This document shows positions 1-7,918 of a stretch of DNA of 32,113 nucleotides, piece after piece. The notes under the pieces are model-generated. The model saw nothing but the letters and a program-made list of their open reading frames with translations. It searched no databases and was not told the DNA's origin. Where the stretch lies: positions 1 through 32,113 of the forward strand of contig CAZAKN010000007.1 of NCBI GenBank assembly GCA_964486065.1, given 5' to 3'. The DNA is from an uncultured Gammaproteobacteria bacterium (GTDB lineage Bacteria; Patescibacteriota; Patescibacteriia; UBA11705; JABHMO01). Positions within the stretch are counted from its first letter, which is position 1. Every line of letters starts with the position of its first letter. Position numbers and translations under genes: made by a program.

Positions 1-11
1 GATACGGGTTT

Positions 12-164
12 TGGAGTTCCCGCATCAAGTGCGGGATGACACATAGAAGTGTTTTACTTGAGATTCCTTTGCTAAGTCTTCTCTGTGAGTGCTACATCAA
101 ATCTCTGCTTCTTATCAACATCCCTAACAGGGATGTCATCCCGTTCTCCGAAACGAGACCTCCA
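12..164. repeat. Pair of inverted REP-like palindromic elements
   Basis: 12-41 TGGAGTTCCCGCATCAAGTGCGGGATGACA contains a TCCCGCA/TGCGGGA hairpin. The reverse complement of 134-164 is TGGAGGTCTCGTTTCGGAGAACGGGATGACA, with the same ends and architecture. Confidence 0.55.
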
Positions 165-340
165 GAACAGTTATTTAAATAACACCACTGCTTCATTCCC
201 CACCTCGGGAAAAAAGTATCTTGAAGAACCTTCGGTTATTCAAAACTGTAAATAAGATATTTTTAAAGGTCTTTCAGTAGAGATTCAATTTTTATAAATT
301 ACTAATATGAACTCGCATTTTTGGATTTAGAACTTAAAGC

Positions 341-1426
341 TTAGGATTTGTTTATACCTATCAACTCCAAAATCTCATCTTTATCCGAACCTTCAGCCGG
401 TCGTGGCTGAGCGTAATCTTCAATTATGACCGGCAAATATTCCACTTCCAAAACTTTTTCTTTATCAATTCTCAACATAACCGCCACCCCTTGACGCGTT
501 GCTTCCGACCACATTTGATCAAAAATAAAATTCCCTAAACTGTAAAAAATATATTTATCTTTGTAAATTTCCACTTCTTGAACCACATGAGGATGATGTC
601 CCACCACCATGTCCGCTCCATTATCAATCGCCAAACGAGCAAAACCTTGTTGATGCTCAGAGCTGTGATGTTCATATTCAATTCCATCATGCATGGACAC
701 GATCACCCAATCCGCCATTGTTTCAGCGACTTGTAAATCCTTAAGCAATTTTTCTTGTTCCATTAAATTCATACCACCTTTCAAATCAGTATATTTGTAA
801 TAATCCGGTCCGTAAGCATAGCACAAGAAAGCGAATTTAATATTGTTTTTTTCAATAATCTTTATTTCATCCGCGCCGGAAGAGTTTTCAAAAGCGCCAC
901 AGCCTTGCATATTATTTTCTTGCAAAAGTTCAAAAGTTTTATCAAGTCCCACTTGTCCTTTATTTAAAATATGATTATTGGCCAATGAAACAACATCAAA
1001 TCCGGCTGAAGCCAGAGCCGGCGCCACTTGTTCATCCGCGCGAAAAGTAAACGAACCCGTGAGGACAGCTTCTCCGTCCAGAAACGGCGCTTCCAAATTC
1101 GCGAAAGCGATATCCGCGGATTCAATGTATTGTCGCATTTCCTGAAACGGATAATCATACCCGTTTTTAAGCATTTTTTGCCCGACCGTGCGCGACAACA
1201 TAATATCTCCAGCCAGAAGCAAGGAAACTTGACTATTATCTTGCTCAATCGGCAAATCTTCAGTCGCTTCCGTGTTGGCATCTTGCACTCTATTCCAAGT
1301 ATATTGCGCCTGCATTTGTTCCACCTGCAAATCCCGCAAAAGATAATTGGCGTATTGAAAAAACAATCCCGCGGAAGCCACCGCGAAAAACAATGCCGTA
1401 ATTATAATTAAATATTTTCTTGTCAT
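341..1426 (-). CDS. CapA/PgsA-family (poly-gamma-glutamate synthesis-type) metallophosphoesterase with N-terminal membrane anchor
   Basis: Motifs AGDIML, ANLE, SLANNH, SMHDG, GHHPH, YSLGNF. Hydrophobic N-terminus. ATG at 1426 preferred over the GTG at 1450. Confidence 0.88.
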   Translation of the reverse strand: MTRKYLIIITALFFAVASAGLFFQYANYLLRDLQVEQMQAQYTWNRVQDANTEATEDLPIEQDNSQVSLLLAGDIMLSRTVGQKMLKNGYDYPFQEMRQYIESADIAFANLEAPFLDGEAVLTGSFTFRADEQVAPALASAGFDVVSLANNHILNKGQVGLDKTFELLQENNMQGCGAFENSSGADEIKIIEKNNIKFAFLCYAYGPDYYKYTDLKGGMNLMEQEKLLKDLQVAETMADWVIVSMHDGIEYEHHSSEHQQGFARLAIDNGADMVVGHHPHVVQEVEIYKDKYIFYSLGNFIFDQMWSEATRQGVAVMLRIDKEKVLEVEYLPVIIEDYAQPRPAEGSDKDEILELIGINKS

Positions 1427-1460
1427 AAAATATGCTAATCCAAGGAACACGGAAAAATCG

Positions 1461-2546
1461 CTAACTTCGCAAATACGCTTCCACGAACTCGGTTAAATCG
1501 CCATCCAAAACTTTATCAACTTCGTTGGTTTCAACGCCGGTGCGATGATCTTTCACCATTTTATATGGATGCAAAACATAAGACCGAGCTTGATTCCCCC
1601 AAGCCGCTTCGGTAAATTCACCGCGCAATCTTTGTTTTTCTTCCTCTTGCTCGGATTCATAATATTTTTGCAATTTGGCGATCAAAATACTCATGGCTTT
1701 TTGTTTATTTTGAATTTGAGATCTTTCATTTTGACAGCTGACAGTAATACCGGTCGGTAAATGCGTAATACGCACCGCCGAATCGGTGGTATTGACTCCT
1801 TGCCCGCCATGTCCTCCGGCGCGAAAAGTATCCACGCGCAAATCATCTGATTTGATATCAACCTTGTCCGATTCATCAATCAATGGCAGAATTTCCACCA
1901 ACGCGAATGAAGTATGACGCATTTTTTCCGCGTCAAACGGAGAAATCCTGACCAAACGATGCACACCTGCTTCGGATTTCAACCAGCCATAAGCATTGCG
2001 TCCTTTGATTTCAAACAATACGCTTTTCAAGCCCGCTTCTTGGCCGGCCGACAAATTGATAATTTGCGTTTTCCAGCCTCTTTGCTCGGCGAATCGCATG
2101 AGCATGCGCAACAGCATTTCCGCCCAATCTTGAGCATCCGTACCTCCCGCGCCGGCATGGATGGCCAAAACCGCGTCATATTTATCGTATTTGTCTTGGA
2201 ACAAAAGCGCGGTTTCCAATTCACGCAAGCGTTTTTCCAATTTAACAATTTCTTTTTCAGCGTCTTCGCGCAAATTCACGCTTTGATCATTTTTATCCAA
2301 CTCCACTATTTCTCGCAAATCTTCCAGCCTTTTTCCCAACTCTCGCCAATCGGTAAATTCTTTTTCCAATTCCGAGGCTTCAGCTGAAATTTTACTTGCT
2401 TTGGCTTGATCATCCCAAAAGCCGGGTTTATTCATAGCCGCCCGCAGGGCTTCCAATTCCTGTTTTTTTTCCGCGGTATCAACCAAAGCGAAAGATTTTT
2501 CAAATCGCTCACGCAACTCTTGTACTTTTTGCAAAATATCGTTCAT
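1461..2546 (-). CDS. prfB: Peptide chain release factor 2
   Basis: HAGAGGTDAQDW, RLVRISPFD (SPF anticodon motif of RF2), GGHGGQ, QNERSQ. Continuous ORF. Confidence 0.97.
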   Translation of the reverse strand: MNDILQKVQELRERFEKSFALVDTAEKKQELEALRAAMNKPGFWDDQAKASKISAEASELEKEFTDWRELGKRLEDLREIVELDKNDQSVNLREDAEKEIVKLEKRLRELETALLFQDKYDKYDAVLAIHAGAGGTDAQDWAEMLLRMLMRFAEQRGWKTQIINLSAGQEAGLKSVLFEIKGRNAYGWLKSEAGVHRLVRISPFDAEKMRHTSFALVEILPLIDESDKVDIKSDDLRVDTFRAGGHGGQGVNTTDSAVRITHLPTGITVSCQNERSQIQNKQKAMSILIAKLQKYYESEQEEEKQRLRGEFTEAAWGNQARSYVLHPYKMVKDHRTGVETNEVDKVLDGDLTEFVEAYLRS

Positions 2547-2548
2547 AA

Positions 2549-3772
2549 TTATTCTCGCTCCGCTAAAGTTAAATTAATGATTTTCTCTTCACCTTTTTGA
2601 AATACTTTCATTTCAATTTCATCACCAGGCAAATACTCGGCGATTTCATGAACAATGGAATGATCTTCGGTTAATTTCCGACCGTTGATCTCCAAAATAA
2701 TATCATTTTCCGTCAACCCCGCTTCGTCAGCCGGACTTCCGGGTACCACGGCGATGGGATTTTCCGGTCCGCCACCGACTATCAAGGCGCCGTAATCATA
2801 AGGCAAATCATTGAGTTCCGCCAAACGCGGATTGATTTGGATATAACGCACTCCGAGCCACGGTCGCACGATCCGACCATGCTCGCGCACGCTTTGAATC
2901 ACATTTTTAGCTTGATTGATGGGAATAGCGAACCCGATCGCTCGTCCTTGCACATTCATAGCGGTATTGATACCGATAACTTCGCCGGACAAATTCAATA
3001 ATGGTCCACCCGAATTGCCGGGATTGATCGCCGCGTCGGTTTGAATAATACCGTCCAGGGATAAAAGCCGACCGTTCTCATCATAAGCTTCAATTTTCCG
3101 ATTTAATCCGCTCACCACGCCTCGCGTAACCGTATTTTCATATTCGGTCAAGGCGTTACCGATAGCCACCACGGTCTGCCCCACTTGCAAAGCCGAAGAA
3201 TCACCGACTTCAATTACCGGCAAATCTTGCGCTTCTATTTTCAAAACCGCGATATCATTAACCAAATCACGCCCCAAAATCTCCGCTTCATAAGCCGTCC
3301 CGTCATTAAACACCACTGAATAATCCGCGGACTCGTCTTCCACCACATGCTTATTGGTCAAAATAATTCCATCGGTTGCAATTACAAAACCGGTTCCGCC
3401 ACCGATCTGCTGCTTGACCGTCTCTCCACCGGAACTCTCATCTTGCCGTGGCAAAACAAATTCAAAACCCCAAAAATTAAACACATCCGGTCCGGTCATA
3501 TCATAAGAAGAAAGCTCTTTGCTGACAACAATACTAACCACGGATGGTGAAACATTTTTCACAAGTTCAATGGTAGCCGAGCCTTCTTCCAATTCCAAAA
3601 TTTTTTCTCGTTCCACCACTTTTTCATAAACATTTTTTGACCAAAAATTTTTGGCCCAATCGTAATTTTCCAAGTAAGGAACCAAAAAAGCCGAGCTGAT
3701 CGCTCCTCCCAGAAGCCCGCCAAGCAAACAAACCACTAAAAGAATAATTAATGATGTGTTTTTGATCTGCAT
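2549..3772 (-). CDS. htrA: HtrA/DegP-family trypsin-like serine protease with one PDZ domain and N-terminal membrane anchor
   Basis: Catalytic triad motifs TNKHVV, NDIAV, IQTDAAINPGNSGGPL. C-terminal PDZ (RPWLGV...GSPADEAGL). Confidence 0.93.
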   Translation of the reverse strand: MQIKNTSLIILLVVCLLGGLLGGAISSAFLVPYLENYDWAKNFWSKNVYEKVVEREKILELEEGSATIELVKNVSPSVVSIVVSKELSSYDMTGPDVFNFWGFEFVLPRQDESSGGETVKQQIGGGTGFVIATDGIILTNKHVVEDESADYSVVFNDGTAYEAEILGRDLVNDIAVLKIEAQDLPVIEVGDSSALQVGQTVVAIGNALTEYENTVTRGVVSGLNRKIEAYDENGRLLSLDGIIQTDAAINPGNSGGPLLNLSGEVIGINTAMNVQGRAIGFAIPINQAKNVIQSVREHGRIVRPWLGVRYIQINPRLAELNDLPYDYGALIVGGGPENPIAVVPGSPADEAGLTENDIILEINGRKLTEDHSIVHEIAEYLPGDEIEMKVFQKGEEKIINLTLAERE

Positions 3773-3852
3773 ATGTTTTTCATTATTATTTTGAAATTAT
3801 TTGGAGTTTGGAATGCAAAGTTTTCAGTATTACCCCATGCTTATTCCAATTT

Positions 3853-4098
3853 CTAAAGTCCTCCAATACTTTTCACTTTATCTATCTCTCTCATCAAACT
3901 ACCGTATTTATCAAAAACATCTTGAAAAAACGGAATACCGTAAATTATTCCCAGAATAATCGGCACAATAATCAAAATAATTTTGGCCATATTAATAATT
4001 TCCAACCACATGATATACTTACGGGTTTTTTCCGTTGATTCCAAAATCATTTTTGAATAATCAATGTTTTTTATCAATAGTTTTTTTAATTCTTCCAT
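3853..4098 (-). CDS. Small hypothetical single-pass membrane protein
   Basis: 81-aa ORF co-oriented with neighbours, hydrophobic IILIIVPIILGIIYGIPFF segment, extended -10 element upstream. Confidence 0.7.
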   Translation of the reverse strand: MEELKKLLIKNIDYSKMILESTEKTRKYIMWLEIINMAKIILIIVPIILGIIYGIPFFQDVFDKYGSLMREIDKVKSIGGL

Positions 4099-4135
4099 AA
4101 ATTTTGTTTTTATTTAATAAAATCCTCACTTAGCC

Positions 4136-4144
4136 AGTATAACA
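4136..4144 (-). promoter_or_regulatory. Extended -10 promoter element (TG-T-TATACT)
   Basis: Plus-strand AGTATAACA, about 40 nt upstream of the 81-aa ORF. Confidence 0.4.
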
Positions 4145-4165
4145 CAAAATCAAGGCACATTAAAC

Positions 4166-4191
4166 CAAAAAACAGCCCCGCACGAGCCGTT
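4166..4191 (-). terminator. Putative intrinsic terminator after nrdG
   Basis: Minus strand AAACGGCTC-GTGCG-GGGCTGTTTTTTGG: a stem with G-U pairs followed by a U-tract. Confidence 0.5.
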
Positions 4192-4201
4192 TATTTCATT
4201 C

Positions 4202-4888
4202 TTATCTGATTCTGCTTTTTTTAAACCAAGGCTTGATTTGTTCGTAAATGGCTTTTATTTCCGCTTGCGTAAAAGGTCTTTCTTCAGTAAATTTTTGATT
4301 AACCAATTTTTCCGCCGGTTTAAATTGTTGCAAATAGTATTTTTCCGCTCCTTTTATTTGACGCGCCATTTCAACAATATCTTCAGCTGAGTGCAGCGCC
4401 GGCAAAATAGTGGAACGGAATTCCGCTTTATCTCCTTGTGCAATTAAAAGAGTGGCGCTTTTTTTTACATTTTCAATATTAACGGGCATTTGCGTCACTT
4501 GTTCATATTTTACCCAAGGCGCCTTGATATCCATGGCCGTATAATCAATCAATTTTTCATCAATCAATTTTTTCAACATTGCATAGTTGGTTCCATTGGT
4601 GTCCAATTTGACCGCCATGCCCAATTTTTTAAGCTCGGCGATAAACTCCGGCAAATCCGCTTGCATGGTCGGTTCACCACCGGTTAAACAAATCCCATCC
4701 AACAAATCTTTTCTATTTTCAATGTCTTGCAATATCTTTTCAACTTCAAACTCACCATCCCCACCCCAAACCAAATCCGGATTATGACAAAACGAACAGC
4801 GAAAATTACAGCCCACCGTAAAAATCGTGGCCGCCACTTTGCCGGAATAATCAATCAATGTGGTTTTTTGATAACCGCCTATTTTCAT
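4202..4888 (-). CDS. nrdG: Anaerobic ribonucleoside-triphosphate reductase activating enzyme (radical SAM)
   Basis: GCNFRCSFCHN (CxxxCxxC), TGGEPT, KLDTNG, MDIK. Lies downstream of nrdD. Confidence 0.92.
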   Translation of the reverse strand: MKIGGYQKTTLIDYSGKVAATIFTVGCNFRCSFCHNPDLVWGGDGEFEVEKILQDIENRKDLLDGICLTGGEPTMQADLPEFIAELKKLGMAVKLDTNGTNYAMLKKLIDEKLIDYTAMDIKAPWVKYEQVTQMPVNIENVKKSATLLIAQGDKAEFRSTILPALHSAEDIVEMARQIKGAEKYYLQQFKPAEKLVNQKFTEERPFTQAEIKAIYEQIKPWFKKSRIR

Positions 4889-4915
4889 ATAAGAATATTT
4901 TTGCTTGCCATTAAA

Positions 4916-4943
4916 GAAACTCTGAAATCGCTTTCAGAGTTTC
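4916..4943 (-). terminator. Perfect 12-bp stem-loop with GNRA loop between the glycyl-radical mini-gene and nrdG
   Basis: Minus strand GAAACTCTGAAA-GCGA-TTTCAGAGTTTC followed by TTT. Confidence 0.5.
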
Positions 4944-4984
4944 GTCATTAATTCTATTAACAAAAACCAATGGGAAAGAGTAAA

Positions 4985-5131
4985 CTAGTTTTCATTAACA
5001 GCTTGGTTAAACTCCTTGCGATCCGTCCATTCGGCTTTTTTCCCGTTGTTCCAACGAGAAACCGGGCTCAGATAACCGACTACGCGTGAGTAAATTTCAC
5101 ATTTTTGTCTTTCTAGCTTTTGAGAGGTCAT
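4985..5131 (-). CDS. Stand-alone NrdD C-terminal glycyl-radical domain (48 aa; not in the supplied ORF track)
   Basis: Hand translation MTSQKLERQKCEIYSRVVGYLSPVSRWNNGKKAEWTDRKEFNQAVNEN*. YSRVVGYL...WNxGKxxE..DR is the class III RNR glycyl-radical loop and C-terminus. A-rich leader like neighbouring genes. Confidence 0.92.
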   Translation of the reverse strand: MTSQKLERQKCEIYSRVVGYLSPVSRWNNGKKAEWTDRKEFNQAVNEN

Positions 5132-5251
5132 AGACTATTTTTTTATTTTATTATTTTTATTTTATATCAACGATTTAAAAATTGTAATTACGAACAATCT
5201 GGTGAAACGCTAACCTCGGAACGCGGAACATAACACGCGGAACGGGACGAC

Positions 5252-5498
5252 AACACTGCCCACAACGCACCACACTGCTCACAACGCACCACACTGCTCA
5301 CAACGCGCCACACTGCTCACAACGCGCCACACTGCTCACAACGCGCCACACTGTTCACAACGCACCACATTGACCACAACGCACCACACTGCTCACAACG
5401 CACCACACTGCCCACAACGCGCCACACTGCTCACAACGCACCACACTACTCACAACGCGCCACACTGCCCACAACGCGCCACACTGCTCACAACGCAC
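5252..5498. repeat. Tandem array of 13 x 19-bp units, consensus CACACTGCYCACAACGCRC
   Basis: Read directly: 247 nt = 13 abutting units, no spacers, few substitutions. Confidence 0.97.
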
Positions 5499-5542
5499 TG
5501 AACACGAAACCTTGACTACTTCATAATCCGTAAAATCACATT

Positions 5543-7615
5543 TTACTTTTGCGTCGCTTTTTCCATAATATTTTTTTCCGCATTGTCCATATACCCCATT
5601 TCTTCATCACATTGAGGACAATATTCATGCTCTCCGGCGATATAACCATGCTTGGGACAAATGCTAAAAGTCGGAGTTATGGTAAAATACGGTAATTTGA
5701 AATTTTCCGCGATTTTCTTGACCAAAGATTTGGTACTATCAGCGCTGGGCATTCGTTCTCCGATAAAACCATGCAATACGGTCCCTCCCGTATATCTGGT
5801 TTGCAAATCGTCTTGTAATTTCAAAGCTTCAAAAATATCATCAGTATAACCAACCGGCAATTGAGAAGAATTGGTATAGTAAGGATCAGCTTTAGTATTG
5901 CGATATGCTTCTTCATTGGCGCAAACAATAGCCGGATAGCTTTCTTTGTCCAACTTGGCGAATCTGTAAGAAGTCCCCTCGGCCGGGGTGGCTTCCAAAT
6001 TAAACAATTCATTGGTTTGATTTTGATAATCCATCATGCGTTCACGCATAAAATCAAGTGCTTGTCGGGCGAATTTATGGCCTTCCACGGTGGTAATATC
6101 ATGCCCGACCAGATTGATACAAGCTTCATTCAAACCGTTCAAACCGATAGTATTAAAATGATTTTTCCAATATTCACCGAATCTTTCTTTTATGGAAATC
6201 AAATAATATTTGGAATAAGGATAAAGTCCGCCTTCAGTGAATTTTTCCAAAATATCTCTTTTGATTTTTAAACTTTGTTTGGCAATATCCATCAGCTCGG
6301 CTAATCTTTCAAAAAACTCTTCTTTATCTTTTGAGACATAACCCAAACGAGGCATATTGATGGTTACCACGCCGATGGAACCGGTCAAAGGATTGGCGCC
6401 GAACAAACCGCCACCGCGTTTGCGTAATTCACGATTATCCAAGCGCAAACGGCAACACATGCTACGAGCGTCTTCCGGACTCATATCGCTATTGATGAAA
6501 TTGGAAAAATACGGAATGCCGTATTTGGCGGTCATTTCCATGATTTTATTGATAATTTCAGCGTCCCAATCCCAATCAGCCGTTACATTGTAAGTGGGGA
6601 TGGGGAAACCGAACACGCGACCGCTTCTGTCCCCTTCCAGCATAACTTCCACAAACGCTTTATTGAACAAATCCATTTCTTCTTGAAATTCTCCATAAGT
6701 TTCTTTTTGCGGTTGACCACCGATAACCACCGCTTCATTGGCGATATTACTCGGCACGAAAAGATCCAAAGTTATATTGGTAAACGGAGTTTGAAAACCG
6801 ACCCTTGTCGGCACATTCATATTAAAAACAAACTCTTGAATAGTTTGTTTGACTTCATCATAACTCAATTTGTCAAAACGGATAAAAGGCGCCAAATAAG
6901 TATCTAAACTGGAAACCGCTTGCGCGCCGGCTGATTCTCCTTGTAAAGTATAGAAAAAATTGGTCAACTGTCCCAAAGCCACGCGCAAATGTTTGGCCGG
7001 CGAACTGGAAACCTTGCCACGAACTCCGCCAAACCCGCGCAAAAGCAAATCTTTCAAATCCCAACCGCAACAATAAGCTGACAATAATTGCAAATCATGA
7101 ATATGCAAATCACCGTTTACATGAGCGTCTCTGATATTTTGCGGATAAATTTTATTAAGCCAATAATGCGAACTGATAGTGGAAGAGACATAATTGTTCA
7201 GCCCTTGCAAAGAATAATCCATGTTACTGTTTTCTTTTACTTTCCAATCCAACTGTTGCAAATATTTTTCCATGAGTTCATCGGAATTGATCATTTGCTC
7301 CACTTCTCTCATCTTGGCGCGTTGATCACGATAAATAATGTAGGCTTTGGCCACTTTGATCAATTTTGATTCAATCAAGATTTCTTCAACAATATCCTGA
7401 ATTTCTTCTACCGCGGGTATGGATCTTTCATGAAATTTGGCATTTAATCTTTCAATTACTCTATCCGACAATTCTTCTGATTTTTGCTTGTCCGGCTTGC
7501 CAACGGCTCTCATGGAATTAAAAATAGCCAGTTCAATCTTGTCCGGATCAAAGTCAACAATGCGGTCGTCCCTCTTTCTGATTTGAATGATTTTATTCCC
7601 CGAATATGCACTCAT
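5543..7615 (-). CDS. nrdD: Class III (anaerobic) ribonucleoside-triphosphate reductase large subunit, lacking the C-terminal glycyl-radical domain
   Basis: N-terminal ATP cone (IRKRDDRIVDFDPDKI), HIHDL, YCCGW, RSMCCRL finger loop, EATPAEG, YYTNS, YTGGT, CPKHG...CPQC zinc site. It then stops without the RVxGY motif. Confidence 0.95.
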   Translation of the reverse strand: MSAYSGNKIIQIRKRDDRIVDFDPDKIELAIFNSMRAVGKPDKQKSEELSDRVIERLNAKFHERSIPAVEEIQDIVEEILIESKLIKVAKAYIIYRDQRAKMREVEQMINSDELMEKYLQQLDWKVKENSNMDYSLQGLNNYVSSTISSHYWLNKIYPQNIRDAHVNGDLHIHDLQLLSAYCCGWDLKDLLLRGFGGVRGKVSSSPAKHLRVALGQLTNFFYTLQGESAGAQAVSSLDTYLAPFIRFDKLSYDEVKQTIQEFVFNMNVPTRVGFQTPFTNITLDLFVPSNIANEAVVIGGQPQKETYGEFQEEMDLFNKAFVEVMLEGDRSGRVFGFPIPTYNVTADWDWDAEIINKIMEMTAKYGIPYFSNFINSDMSPEDARSMCCRLRLDNRELRKRGGGLFGANPLTGSIGVVTINMPRLGYVSKDKEEFFERLAELMDIAKQSLKIKRDILEKFTEGGLYPYSKYYLISIKERFGEYWKNHFNTIGLNGLNEACINLVGHDITTVEGHKFARQALDFMRERMMDYQNQTNELFNLEATPAEGTSYRFAKLDKESYPAIVCANEEAYRNTKADPYYTNSSQLPVGYTDDIFEALKLQDDLQTRYTGGTVLHGFIGERMPSADSTKSLVKKIAENFKLPYFTITPTFSICPKHGYIAGEHEYCPQCDEEMGYMDNAEKNIMEKATQK

Positions 7616-7853
7616 AGTAATGTTGCCAATAAAGGTTATTTCTCTTTGTTACAAATGATTTTTGAAGCTAATTTTAGCGAAGAACTGATTTTTAGAGAGA
7701 TAAAAAAATAGCCCTTGTAAAATGCTTCACCACACTTGTTTTCTCCTCTATAATTATATAAAAATTTGACCAACCCAGCAATGGTCAACCAAACCCAGTA
7801 TAATTCCCAAAGTTTAGGCAAAATTAAGTGTCGCCAAATTTTCATTATTTTTC

Positions 7854-7862
7854 TGTGGATAA
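7854..7862 (-). promoter_or_regulatory. Consensus DnaA box TTATCCACA upstream of nrdD
   Basis: Plus strand TGTGGATAA, exact 9/9 match. Single copy, so it could be chance. Confidence 0.35.
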
Positions 7863-7918
7863 AAGTTCATAAAAAAATCGCCCCGCCGAGATACGGGACG
7901 ATAAAATATGAAATGAAT

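Noticed and set aside
5252-5498. CRISPR array or plasmid-type iterons
   Set aside because: Units abut with no unique spacers, and no cas or rep gene is present. A 19-bp period is not helically phased as iteron arrays usually are.
5132-5542. Self-splicing group I intron joining the two nrdD parts (as in phage T4 nrdD)
   Set aside because: Only an ATAGTCTA resemblance to the S element, with no matching R/P7 partner or P3-P6 core. Most of the interval is simple tandem repeat, and both ORFs have their own stop and start.
5354-5546. -1 frameshift read-through of nrdD into the repeat, giving VRCEQCGALW CxxC repeats and possibly re-fusing the glycyl-radical domain
   Set aside because: That frame hits TGA in the eighth unit and never reaches 5131. 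There is no canonical X XXY YYZ slippery heptamer at the stop. The CxxC pattern arises trivially from TGT-rich repeats.
7720-7810. NrdR boxes upstream of nrdD
   Set aside because: No convincing tandem match to the acaCwAtATaTwGtgt consensus by eye.
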